Origin: Sumerlaeia bacterium
GTDB lineage: Bacteria > Sumerlaeota > Sumerlaeia > SLMS01 > JAHLLQ01
Direction: 5' to 3'
Length of the DNA stretch: 64,000 nucleotides
Assembly: GCA_040219255.1 (NCBI GenBank)
Contig: JAVJSW010000004.1
Location: forward strand, 64,001 to 128,000
This document shows, one piece after another, positions 52,578 through 62,056 of this stretch (position 1 is its first letter; every line of letters starts with the position of its first letter). Position numbers and translations under genes: made by a program. A model generated the notes under the pieces. The model was not told where the DNA came from, made no database searches, and saw only the letters and a program-made list of their open reading frames with translations.

Positions 52578-53480
52578 GTGGCCGATGCCATCCAGCAATT
52601 GTCTCCTCCCCCGCCTTCGGACGCCGTGCTCCTTGAGGGAGCGCCGGCCATATCCATGCGGGATGTGCGTAAGTCCTTTGGGCCCAAGGTGATCTACCGG
52701 GGGCTCGACCTGCGAGTGGAGGAGGGCGAAACGCACGTCGTCATCGGCCGCTCGGGCGAGGGCAAGAGCGTGCTTCTCAAGCACATCTGCGGCCTTCTGG
52801 CGCCCGACTCCGGCGTGGTCGAGGTCGAGGGCTGCCCCGTCGATGCGCACAAGCCCAAGTCGCTGCGCTTCATTCGCGACCGGGTTACGATGGTGTTCCA
52901 GATGGGCGCGCTCTTCGACAGCATGACGGTGCGCAAGAACGTCGGCTTTTACCTGGATCAGCAGAAAAACAAGCCGCAGGCGGAAATCGATCAGTTGTGC
53001 GAGAAGCTGCTGGAGGAAGTGAACCTGCCGAACACGGGGCACTTGCTGCCGTCCGAGCTTTCCGGCGGCATGCGCAAGCGCGTCGGCCTGGCGCGGGCGC
53101 TCGCGGTGGAGCCGCGGATCATTCTCTACGACGAACCGACCACGGGCCTGGACCCGGTGACGAGCCAGGTCATCAACGAGCTGATCGTCAAGACCCGGGA
53201 CCTGCACGCGGTCACCAGCATCGTCGTCACCCACGATATGAAGAGCGCGATGTATGTGGGCGATCGCATCTCGATGCTGTATGAGGGCATGATCATCTTC
53301 ACCGGAACGCCGGGCGAGTTGGAAGATTGCCCGGACCCGGTGGTGCAGCAGTTCATCCACGGCGACTCCGACGGGCCGATCACGAACAAAGAGTTCGAGG
53401 GCGTCCAGCGCATGTCGCAAACGCTGATCAACCGGTCGCAAATCTTGCGTAAGCTCGACGAATTGGACCGGGAAGAATAG
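52578..53480 (+). CDS. mlaF: ABC transporter ATP-binding protein, MlaF/Mkl family
   Basis: GRSGEGKS, FQMGALFDSMTV, LSGGMRKRVGLARA, YDEPTTGLDP, VTHD. Adjacent to an MCE gene. Confidence 0.88.
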   Translation: MADAIQQLSPPPPSDAVLLEGAPAISMRDVRKSFGPKVIYRGLDLRVEEGETHVVIGRSGEGKSVLLKHICGLLAPDSGVVEVEGCPVDAHKPKSLRFIRDRVTMVFQMGALFDSMTVRKNVGFYLDQQKNKPQAEIDQLCEKLLEEVNLPNTGHLLPSELSGGMRKRVGLARALAVEPRIILYDEPTTGLDPVTSQVINELIVKTRDLHAVTSIVVTHDMKSAMYVGDRISMLYEGMIIFTGTPGELEDCPDPVVQQFIHGDSDGPITNKEFEGVQRMSQTLINRSQILRKLDELDREE

Positions 53481-53538
53481 CCCTCGCTCTCTTCCCGCCC
53501 CCATCCCCAGCATTCCCCATCCGAACGGTGGACAGGTT

Positions 53539-54690
53539 ATGAGCGACAAACGAACGAACGACGTCCTGGTGGGGCTGGTGGTGCTGGCCTCTTTTGTGGC
53601 GCTGACGGTGATGACGCTGACAATCCGCAGCGAGATGATTCACTCGACGATCAAGATCAGCGCGATTTACGATAATGTTTCGGGACTCGAAGTCGGCTCG
53701 CCGGTGCTCATCAGCGGCATCCGCAAGGGCCGTGTGTCGAGCATCCGCGCCATCGAGGACAGCAAGCCCGGTGGCCTGCGCGAGCAAAAGGTGCTGGTGG
53801 GAATGATCGTCCGCGACGACATAACCCTCTATTCGAACGCCCGGATCAAGCTGGTCCAGCAGGGCTTTATCGGAGACAAGCGGGTGGAAATTGAACCGGG
53901 ATCGGAAGCCGGCGGCGAGCCCATCGCCAGCGGCGCGGTGCTGCCCGGCGTCCCCCCCATGGACATCGAACTCGCCATCAAGCAGTTCCAGGACATCGCC
54001 GACGACGTGCAGGCCACCGTCGCCCAAGTGCGCGACTTCGTCGATAGCGACGAAACGGTCGGAAACATCTCCAAGGCCCTCGAAGGCGTCGGTCAAACCG
54101 TGGAGGAACTGAACCTCTACCTGGCGGACAACCGCGAGAACGTCACCGCCACGGTCGCCAATGCGCGCTCGATTTCGGACCGCACGGCGGAATACCTGAA
54201 GGAGGGCGGAAAAGCGGATCGCATCACCGAGGAAGCGGCGCGGACGCTGGAAACGACCCGTGGAGAGGTTCAAGAACTGTCCGCCAAGGCGGAGGACGTG
54301 ATCGCCCGCGCCGACCGGATCGCCTCCGAACTGGAGCTGACTCTGGGCCATGTGCGCCGCGACGCCAACCGCGTCAGCGACTCCGCCGTCGCGTTCATGG
54401 ACACGACCAAGGAAGACTTCAAGGCGCTCTCGCAAGACGCCGCCGAGACGAGCGAAAACCTGAATGCCATTCTGGGCAAGGTGCGCCGCGGCGAAGGCAC
54501 CGTGGGCCGGCTGGTCAACGATCCGGCGCCCTTCGAGGACCTGAAGGCGAGCGCCGAGGCCCTGCGCAACTTCCTGCTCCGCAGCGAACGCGGCTTCTAC
54601 GACACGCGCATTCCCTACGGAGAAGGCACCCCCCAGCCCATCGAGTCCAATCCCATGCTGGACCCTGTGCCCGCCGCCATCGACCAATGA
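53539..54690 (+). CDS. MlaD/MCE family protein with long helical extension
   Basis: N-terminal TM, VSGLEVGSPVLISGIRKGRV, GFIGDKRVEIEPG, GEGTVGRLVND. Confidence 0.9.
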   Translation: MSDKRTNDVLVGLVVLASFVALTVMTLTIRSEMIHSTIKISAIYDNVSGLEVGSPVLISGIRKGRVSSIRAIEDSKPGGLREQKVLVGMIVRDDITLYSNARIKLVQQGFIGDKRVEIEPGSEAGGEPIASGAVLPGVPPMDIELAIKQFQDIADDVQATVAQVRDFVDSDETVGNISKALEGVGQTVEELNLYLADNRENVTATVANARSISDRTAEYLKEGGKADRITEEAARTLETTRGEVQELSAKAEDVIARADRIASELELTLGHVRRDANRVSDSAVAFMDTTKEDFKALSQDAAETSENLNAILGKVRRGEGTVGRLVNDPAPFEDLKASAEALRNFLLRSERGFYDTRIPYGEGTPQPIESNPMLDPVPAAIDQ

Positions 54691-56315
54691 CCCCCAAAGA
54701 CAACCCATCCGCCCCCGGCGCGGCGCCCCGGCAGGCCGGTCGCTTCGCCCTGATGGCGCTCGTGCTGGGCGTTTTCCTGGCCCACCTGCTGGTCACCGGC
54801 GCCCACATTCAGTCGCCCGATGGCGAACTGCTCTTTCGCACCGCCGAGTCCATCGCGCTCCGGGGCGAACTGAGCGTTCATCCGTTGGAGTACGACGAGG
54901 CCAGCGGCCAGCTCCTCGTTCCGCCGCAATTCACCTTCGCCACGGTGCCTGGGCGGGGCGGGGATTTTTACGCTCAGTACCTGCCGCTTCAATCGCTGCT
55001 GGCGGTGCCGCTGGTGTGGCTGGGCGAGTTGACGGCGCCCGCCTTCGCCGGGAGCTTCGCGCCCACTGTGGACACGCCCTACGGCTCCACGCCAGAGGGG
55101 CTCTGGCGCCGGGCCGTGGTGATCGGCGGGTTCAATCCGCTGGTGAACGCCCTGACGGCCCTGATCCTGGCGCGTCTGGCGGGCTTCCTGACATTGGGCA
55201 ATCGCCGGGCGGCGCTCTGGACCGCGGGGCTGTGGGGCTTTGGCACGATGGTCATGGTGCATTCGCGGACGTTTTTCACCGAGCCCCTCGCGGGGTTGCT
55301 GGCGCTGGTGGCGCTGGATCAACTGGTGCGCTGGTTCCACGATCCGCTGACGGTTGAGACCTCGCGCAAGCGGCTCCTGCGGGTCGTCGTGGCCGGCGCG
55401 GCGTTGTCCGGCGCGATCTGGACGCGCATGGATTCGCCGTTCATCGCCGCCGGCTTTGGCCTGGCGATGGTCGCCGTGGGCGAGTTCAAGCGCCGCCGCG
55501 AGAGCGCCTGGGGCGTCAGCGGCGGGTCCTTCCCCTTCCGCGATTACGCGGTTCTGGCCGCGATCTTGAGTATCGCCTTCTTCGCCCTGGTCGCCTTCAA
55601 CGCGTGGCGCTTCGACGTGGGGTTCGTGGACGCGCTGACGGGCGGCTACAGCGACCAGAGCGAAGGCGTGAAGTTTTCGACTCCGTTCCTGATCGGGCTC
55701 CACGGCTACCTGACGACGCCCGGCCGGGGGTTGTTTTTCTTCAGCCCGGCGCTGATTTTGGGCGTCCTGGGCTGGCGCTGCCTGCCCGCGGGAAGGCGTT
55801 GGACCGGGGTATTCATCGGCCTGGCGTGGCTGCCGTTCACGCTGGCGATGTGCAAGTGGCAGAACTGGAGCGGCGGCTGGGACTGGGGCCCGCGCCACAT
55901 CGTGCAGTTGCACGCGCCGCTGGCGCTGGGGGCGGCGTTTTGGCTCGCCCGGCCCGAGGCCCTGCGCCCCGCCCGCGCCGCCATCACGAAAGTCCTTATG
56001 GGAGTGGCGGTTTTGGTGCAGCTTTACGGAGCGAGCCAATCGGCGATGGCTTATCACCGCGATCTGTTCGTGACCGTGGACGATGGGTTCTATTTCCCCA
56101 TCGGCTACAATCCGGCGCAGACGGCCCAACTCCAGGCCGAGTTCGTTCTGTCGCCGCCTCGCATGCCAGCGCGCCAATTGCCCTTCGACATTCTGCCAGC
56201 GCCACTGGAGAGCAGCGTCACCACCTGGCGTGTGTCGCCCTGGAACGGCTACCTGGCGATGTGGCGGGAAGGGATGTGCGACGCCTGGCTGGTGAATCGG
56301 GTCCGGGGCGGGTAA
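54687..56315 (+). CDS. Polytopic membrane protein, GT-C/ArnT-like glycosyltransferase
   Basis: More than 10 TM segments; SPDGE, SRTFFTEP, PGRGLFFFSP, WSGGWDWGPR. Confidence 0.65.
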   Translation: MTPKDNPSAPGAAPRQAGRFALMALVLGVFLAHLLVTGAHIQSPDGELLFRTAESIALRGELSVHPLEYDEASGQLLVPPQFTFATVPGRGGDFYAQYLPLQSLLAVPLVWLGELTAPAFAGSFAPTVDTPYGSTPEGLWRRAVVIGGFNPLVNALTALILARLAGFLTLGNRRAALWTAGLWGFGTMVMVHSRTFFTEPLAGLLALVALDQLVRWFHDPLTVETSRKRLLRVVVAGAALSGAIWTRMDSPFIAAGFGLAMVAVGEFKRRRESAWGVSGGSFPFRDYAVLAAILSIAFFALVAFNAWRFDVGFVDALTGGYSDQSEGVKFSTPFLIGLHGYLTTPGRGLFFFSPALILGVLGWRCLPAGRRWTGVFIGLAWLPFTLAMCKWQNWSGGWDWGPRHIVQLHAPLALGAAFWLARPEALRPARAAITKVLMGVAVLVQLYGASQSAMAYHRDLFVTVDDGFYFPIGYNPAQTAQLQAEFVLSPPRMPARQLPFDILPAPLESSVTTWRVSPWNGYLAMWREGMCDAWLVNRVRGG

Positions 56316-56462
56316 GTTCCGGCTTTTCAACCGAGGACCCCCTATGCAAGGCTGGCGTCGCATCCGGCCCGAAAGATGCTCCCCTTGACCTGTCCCCGTG
56401 CCCGGGCGATCGATTTCAAGAGGACCCGGGGCGGGATTTCCCACACCCCTGAAGGACCCGCC

Positions 56463-57035
56463 ATGGAAGAACGCCACATCACCGTCGTCGGCATCAGCGG
56501 CAGCCTGCGCAAGGGCTCTTACACGCGGCTCGCGCTCGACGAAGCGCTGCGCGGGGCGGAAGCCACCGGCGCCCGAGTGCGGGTGTTCGACCCGCGCGAG
56601 TTCCCCCTGCCGTTCTGCGATGGGTCCGGAAACGCGGACGACCCCAATGTGGCTGCCTTGCGCGACGCCGTCGAGAAGGCGGACGGGCTGATCCTGGCGA
56701 CGCCGGAGTATCACGGTTCGTTTTCCGGGATTCTCAAGAACGCGCTGGATCTGCTCAGCTTCGATCAAATGGAAGAGAAAGTCTGCGGCCTCGTGAGCGT
56801 CCTCGGCGGTCAGAGCAACTCGAACTCACTCAATCATCTGCGCATCGTCTGCCGCCAGGTCCACTCCTGGGTCGTGCCGCATCAGGCCTCCGTCGGCGCC
56901 AGCTACCGGGCTTTTGGCGACGACGGCCAGATCACCGACGAGAAAATCCGCGCCCGCGTCCGCCGCGTCGGCGAGGACGTCGTCCGCTACGCTCGCCTTC
57001 TGAGGGAGAACCCGGAGTTGGCGGAGGTGGAATAG
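56463..57035 (+). CDS. NADPH-dependent FMN reductase
   Basis: GISGSLRKGSYT, ATPEYHGSFSGILKNALD. Confidence 0.93.
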   Translation: MEERHITVVGISGSLRKGSYTRLALDEALRGAEATGARVRVFDPREFPLPFCDGSGNADDPNVAALRDAVEKADGLILATPEYHGSFSGILKNALDLLSFDQMEEKVCGLVSVLGGQSNSNSLNHLRIVCRQVHSWVVPHQASVGASYRAFGDDGQITDEKIRARVRRVGEDVVRYARLLRENPELAEVE

Positions 57036-57162
57036 CCGGCCCGGCAGGCAAGGCGCAACGTACAGGGGGCGGTTGGCCAAGCGTCGACACCTTGTCCCTT
57101 GAACGTCGCGGGCGGAATGCATAGAAACACGCCGGTTATGGCAGGGGAGCTTCGATCCGATC

Positions 57163-57651
57163 ATGGGCAAACGCGACATCAAAAAACTTCTGAACGATCA
57201 AGGGCCCCGGGTGCTGAACAACAATCGGCGCGCGCGGCACGATTATGAGATTGTGGAGAAATTCGAGGCCGGGGTGGCTCTGCGGGGGTGCGAGGTGAAG
57301 TCGCTGCGCGATGGCGGCGGCTCCGTGGCGGAAGCCTACATCCAGCCCCGGGGCAGCGAGCTTTGGATTGTCGGCTGGTACATTCCGCCGTACACGCACG
57401 GTTCGGCCTGGGTCGAAGCGTCGGATCGGGATCGCAAGCTGCTCTTGAACCGGCGCGAACTGAACGACCTGATTGGCTCGGTGAGCCAAAAGGGCTTCAC
57501 GATCGTGCCGCTGAAAGTTTACCTGACTGAGCGCGGTCTGGTGAAGATGGAAATCGGACTGGCTCGGGGCAAAACCCGGGTGGACCGGCGCCAAGACATC
57601 AAGGAGCGGACGGTGAAGCGCGAACTGGAACGGGAGTACAAAGTCCGATGA
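57163..57651 (+). CDS. smpB: SsrA-binding protein
   Basis: NRRARHDY..EAGVALRGCEVKSLR, RKLLL, TIVPL, ARGK..DRRQDIK. Confidence 0.97.
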   Translation: MGKRDIKKLLNDQGPRVLNNNRRARHDYEIVEKFEAGVALRGCEVKSLRDGGGSVAEAYIQPRGSELWIVGWYIPPYTHGSAWVEASDRDRKLLLNRRELNDLIGSVSQKGFTIVPLKVYLTERGLVKMEIGLARGKTRVDRRQDIKERTVKRELEREYKVR

Positions 57652-58787
57652 CTGGTGCCGCTTCATTTCTCCAGGCGGGGGCCTGCGCGTTGGTGTTCGG
57701 GCTGGCAGGAGCTTTCCTGACGCCCCATGCGGCGCGGGCCGCCGAACCGCTGGTCGAGCGCCAGGGCCGGCCCGGTGAGCAGGATCGCCGCTCCGTTCTC
57801 CTCGGCCATGGGATCAACCCCACGGTGTCCTCTTTGGTCGCGTTCCTGGAGGGTGGATTTTCGCAAAGCGCCGTCGCGCGAGGCTTGCCGACGGATCCGC
57901 GGCTCAAGAGCGACATCCTCAACGTGGCGATCCAACACCTCGGGTTCGAACAAGCCACCGCCGCCGTTCCGGTCCTTTCTCAGATCACGGAAGGTACGAT
58001 GCCGCTGGGGACCCAGCGTATCATCAACCGCGACGTCGAGCGCCTGCCGGTGGATCAGGCGGGGCGGCTGCGGCAGATTTATTCCGGCACCGTACAGATG
58101 AACGCCATCGTGGCACTGGGCCTGATCGGCGATCCGGCGGGGGCCGAGTCGGTGCGGGCGGCCTCGCGCCGCGCCCCCAGCCCCGGCTTCACCGTGGAGG
58201 CCGCCATCGCCCTGGGCCTCATGAACGACCGGCGGGCTCTCGAGGAGTTGATGACGGTGCTGCGCTCGCCCGAAAGCGACGCGCTGGAGTACGGATTCCA
58301 GGGGCTGTTTTTCCTGACCGGCCGTAACTATGGCGTGAACGACCAGACCTCCATCGCCCGCCGCCGCCAAGTGGTGGACGAAGCGGCCGAGTGGTATCGC
58401 TCGGAGGGCCAGTTCTGGGTGCCGGACCGCACCGCGATTCTGCGCCGGCGGGCCGAAGGTGTGGGCGATCTGAGGCCCCCACTGACGACGCTGCGGGGGG
58501 CTCTGAAGGCATCACGCCGGTTCCAGGACTACGACCTGCGCTACGCCGCGCGCCAGCGCCTGGCCGGTCTGGGCCCGGGAGACGTGGCGGACCTGCGCGC
58601 CATCGTCCAGGACCCCTACGAAGACAACGACGTCCGCCAGTCCGCGATGCAGTACTATGCGGCTCTCGATCCGAAGGAAGCGAAGAAGGACCTGAAACGC
58701 ATCGCCAAACGCGATGAAAACCCAGCCGTCGCGGCCCGCGCCGAAGCCCTCCTGACCGACATCGATGAACTGCTGAAAGCCGGATAG
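57648..58787 (+). CDS. Exported HEAT-repeat protein
   Basis: Signal peptide; AIVALGLIGDP, EAAIALGLMND, VRQSAM helical repeats. Overlaps the smpB stop (ATGA). Confidence 0.75.
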   Translation: MTGAASFLQAGACALVFGLAGAFLTPHAARAAEPLVERQGRPGEQDRRSVLLGHGINPTVSSLVAFLEGGFSQSAVARGLPTDPRLKSDILNVAIQHLGFEQATAAVPVLSQITEGTMPLGTQRIINRDVERLPVDQAGRLRQIYSGTVQMNAIVALGLIGDPAGAESVRAASRRAPSPGFTVEAAIALGLMNDRRALEELMTVLRSPESDALEYGFQGLFFLTGRNYGVNDQTSIARRRQVVDEAAEWYRSEGQFWVPDRTAILRRRAEGVGDLRPPLTTLRGALKASRRFQDYDLRYAARQRLAGLGPGDVADLRAIVQDPYEDNDVRQSAMQYYAALDPKEAKKDLKRIAKRDENPAVAARAEALLTDIDELLKAG

Positions 58788-58871
58788 TTTCCTTTTCCAT
58801 TCCCCACGGAGAACACCACCGCGAACGCTGGACGTGACCTCTGTGCCCATCACCCATCCGAGGATCCTCCC

Positions 58872-59456
58872 ATGACCGCCCCATCAGCCACAATCCCCGC
58901 CGCGGATCGCGGCCGTTTCTTCAAGACTCAGAGCGCGCTGCCGGCCTTCGCGGCGGTGTTCCTCCTGGTCGCCGGAGCGCTGGCCTATGTGTTTTTCGTG
59001 GGCCTCGACCCCGATCGGAAACCACCGCGGCGTGCGCCTATGACCTTCGTTCTGCCCGCCGGGTTTTCCGGTGAAATCAAGGTCCTCTACGAAGTCGAAG
59101 GCGCCCCTCCACTGCCGGTGGACGAAGCCGGCCACGTCCTCCTCGACATCCCTCCCAGCGGGCGATTGGAAACGTCCTCGCCCCTGGAGTATGGTCAATC
59201 GGCGGACGACCTGTTCCTGCGGGAATTGACCGGGGGCGGCACGGAAGAGTTGAACATCGGCTACCTGAAGCGCCGCGTGAACGGGCTGGAGGGCGACAGC
59301 AAGGAATTCTTCCACGACCCCGAGCAAGAACTGCCGCTGCGGCGCCAGGAACTGGAGCAGCAAGGGCGCCTGGACGCCTCGGGCAACGTCATCAAACCCC
59401 CGGCACGGCCCTACCAGATCGTGGTTGTGCGGGACGATTTCGGCGACGAGAGTTAA
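58872..59456 (+). CDS. Membrane-anchored hypothetical protein (DUF6843-like)
   Basis: One TM, then FVLPAGFSGEIKVLY..GAPPLP..IPPSGRLETSS. Confidence 0.65.
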   Translation: MTAPSATIPAADRGRFFKTQSALPAFAAVFLLVAGALAYVFFVGLDPDRKPPRRAPMTFVLPAGFSGEIKVLYEVEGAPPLPVDEAGHVLLDIPPSGRLETSSPLEYGQSADDLFLRELTGGGTEELNIGYLKRRVNGLEGDSKEFFHDPEQELPLRRQELEQQGRLDASGNVIKPPARPYQIVVVRDDFGDES

Positions 59457-59558
59457 TCTTTCGGAAATAACCGATGGTATCGGCCCCGCGCCGGACCGCT
59501 GGCCGCCTTAGCGGCGATTGCGGCGCCAGGTGCGGGCCGGAGGACCTGTGCCGACCGG

Positions 59559-59585
59559 CGCGCGTGGCGGTGTCCGCCACGCGCG
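59559..59585. terminator. Strong 12-bp GC hairpin (terminator or stabiliser)
   Basis: CGCGCGTGGCGG-TGT-CCGCCACGCGCG; no U-tract. Confidence 0.35.
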
Positions 59586-59886
59586 ATCGAGGGGAATTCG
59601 CGCCCCACTCCTCCGTGATTTTCACGGCAGCCAGAATACGAGTGCACCAAAGCGCAAGAACAAGGCAGGCGGCCACCAGCGAGGTCCGGAGGTTGGACTT
59701 GAGCGTCTGAGCCGGAGGCGAGCCAACCCACAAGGCGACGGCGACTTTATTCAGAACCGTTATCAATAACTGAAAGCTTCTCCTGGGAAGGTTGGAACGG
59801 TCAGGAACGGTCCATTTTTCCGGATTGTAGCTATTTGGCGGCAAATACTGAGCCCAATGCGGCGAGGGTCGTGCCCAAAAAAAATC

Positions 59887-60247
59887 GTCGGTTGGAGCGA
59901 TAAAAGGGTTGCATTAGGGCGGGGCGATTTCTAAGTTGCGCTATCGATAACGGAGATGGGCCAGCCGGGTTCACGACAGCGCCAGGCTCGGTTATCTCTC
60001 CGGAAACCTAGAAGCCGTGAACGGCGCCTTGCGCAACGGCACTCCGCCGGAAAGCCATTACCTGTGGAACAGTCTCGAAAAGTTGGGTTGAATCAAAGGG
60101 GGCCCCAAGAATTTCGGGTTCCTTAACGTCGATCTTGAAGCTCTGGCGACGCCCTCCAAGACTGGCCACCTCTGGTATCGGGAATTCTTTCGAAGCCTGC
60201 GAAGAGAAACCCGCAAACAAAATAAAGACAGGAGGATACAGCGCTGA
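59887..60247 (+). pseudogene. Glycoside hydrolase family 1 (beta-glucosidase) C-terminal relic
   Basis: ITEMG (59947-59961), a frameshift, then RVHDSARLGYL..AL.NG.P..YLW...*..G.K.FG..VD...K.G..WYREF, collinear with the GH1 C-terminus. TGA at 60089 sits at the conserved Trp. Confidence 0.75.
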
Positions 60248-60395
60248 CTGTCGGCGGATCGCATCTGAAAGGCAGTTGACAGATCGTTTGAACTGATCCG
60301 GTCAACCAGCAACATCCACCGGTTTCGGTGGTTTATTTCGCGCTCTTTGTTTTAGTTACCAAGTGCGCCCAACACTCCAGGAGACTCTACCCCTC

Positions 60396-61607
60396 ATGCG
60401 TATTTTCAACATCCCCTTCGCCGCCACTCTAGCGGCCACCCTCGCCTCGGCGAGCATCGCTAGCGCCCAGTATGGTCTGGTCGACAACTTCAATGGCACC
60501 GGCCGCAATGGCGACGGTGTGAACCTGTATGCCAACGGTACCGGATTCTTCGCCGGTGGTGGGGCAGGCGGCGGCGGCGGTGAATCCCCTGGTGATGGTC
60601 CCGACAGCAGCAAAGCCTTCGTAGCCGGCGGCGCGATCGGTGGCGGTTTCATCGGCTTTTCCACCACGGTCGCTGACACCGTGGGCGGCGATCCAGCAGT
60701 CGACATCACCCAGGTCGTCAACGGCATGGAAACCACCGGCTTGGTTCTCGATTTCAAAGACAATCAAGCGGATGGAGACGGCTATGCGGTGCGCCTCGAA
60801 AGCGGCGACTTCGCTAACTCGCGAACTTATGCCATTCCTAATGCGACGACCGACACGTGGCGCATGCTTTCGATTCCGCTGGCGGGGGATGTCACCTATC
60901 CCGCCACCGATGCGGGTACCTTCAACCCCGCTGCGATCACGGCGATCGTGGTCCTTCCCACCGTTGAAGTGGGCGGCAACCACGACTACCGCGTCGACAA
61001 CATTGGCTTCCTCAGCAACCGCGTCCCAACCGTCGGCGACATTGAAGATTTCCAGGATGAATCGGCCGGGGCGCTGACCATTGGTGCGGATCTGGCACCC
61101 ACAGCCGCGACCAACTTGTTCGGCGGCATGACGGCGGGCTTCACCTTTGGCGGCGACACAATTTCCACGGCGGAAGTGGTCGACCTCGGCGCTGGCGACT
61201 TGGCCGGGCGCTGGTCGTTTAGCGGCGGCAACAGCGGCATCCTCTTTGATCTGGGCCCCGCCGAAGGCAGTCAGTCTGATGTGAGCGCCTACGACACCAT
61301 CCGCCTCGACCTGGCGGTGGGCGAAGCTGGCGACGAAGTCATCATCCTGCTCGAAGACGCCTTCGCCGTCGACTTCGGCGAGCGCTGCACCTTCACCCCC
61401 GCGGTCACCACCACCCTGACCACGATTGATATCCCGATGGCTTCGCTGACCTGCGGCGCCCAGGGCCTCGCCACCGCCCAGTCCTGGGCTCAGCGCCTCA
61501 CCGTGCTGACCAGCAACGATCAGGGCAATGGCATCGAAATCACTGTCGACAACGTGCAGCTGATCGACAGCAGTGCGAGCGTCACGAACTGGAGAGCGGT
61601 GGACTGA
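60396..61607 (+). CDS. Secreted protein with two CBM11/CIA30-like beta-sandwich domains and a C-terminal Trp tail
   Basis: AGGAG RBS, signal peptide ending ASA; LVDNF..WRMLSIPL..YRVDNI and IEDF..IDIPM..ITVDNVQL; ends SASVTNWRAVD. Confidence 0.75.
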   Translation: MRIFNIPFAATLAATLASASIASAQYGLVDNFNGTGRNGDGVNLYANGTGFFAGGGAGGGGGESPGDGPDSSKAFVAGGAIGGGFIGFSTTVADTVGGDPAVDITQVVNGMETTGLVLDFKDNQADGDGYAVRLESGDFANSRTYAIPNATTDTWRMLSIPLAGDVTYPATDAGTFNPAAITAIVVLPTVEVGGNHDYRVDNIGFLSNRVPTVGDIEDFQDESAGALTIGADLAPTAATNLFGGMTAGFTFGGDTISTAEVVDLGAGDLAGRWSFSGGNSGILFDLGPAEGSQSDVSAYDTIRLDLAVGEAGDEVIILLEDAFAVDFGERCTFTPAVTTTLTTIDIPMASLTCGAQGLATAQSWAQRLTVLTSNDQGNGIEITVDNVQLIDSSASVTNWRAVD

Positions 61608-61660
61608 TAGGCTTGCGATGCTGGCGAACGCATAATCCACGTGCAGCGCCCCGACCGTGA

Positions 61661-61777
61661 TCCATCAATCTTGCGGCGGGCGATGTGACCGCCCTGGCGA
61701 CGAACCCGGACATCTACATCGACAACCTGCAGATCACCTCCGGCGCGGCTTCCGTCGACGGCTGGGCTCTCTACCAG
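61661..61777 (+). pseudogene. Orphan 3' fragment of a paralogous secreted-protein gene
   Basis: Reads SINLAAGDVTALATNPDIYIDNLQITSGAASVDGWALYQ with an in-frame TGA just upstream (61658). Parallels the end of the preceding gene (EITVDNVQLIDSSASVTNWRAVD). Confidence 0.6.
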
Positions 61778-62056
61778 CAATCCAAGCCCACGGGCAACCT
61801 CTTGATGTGTAGTGGCAAACGGCGCGGGTGATTCCGCGCCGTTTGTCGATTCCGCCCCCGATGTGGCAAGGAAGGGAGCAGCCTGACCCGAACCCGATTT
61901 TCTCATGATTGCGCTCTTTCCGAGTTCGCCCGTCCAGGAATTGCTGGCCGGAACCGAACGGGGCGGGGCTGGAAGAATTGACACCTTGTCCAGTGACCTT
62001 TCCCGCCTCTGGCCCTTCGGGCGGATCGCGGGGGAGGAAGAAAGGAATTCTTCACG

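Noticed and set aside
59457-60395. Possible tmRNA or other ncRNA downstream of smpB
   Set aside because: No GGGG(C/G)..TCCACCA tRNA-like ends; much of the region is explained by the GH1 relic.
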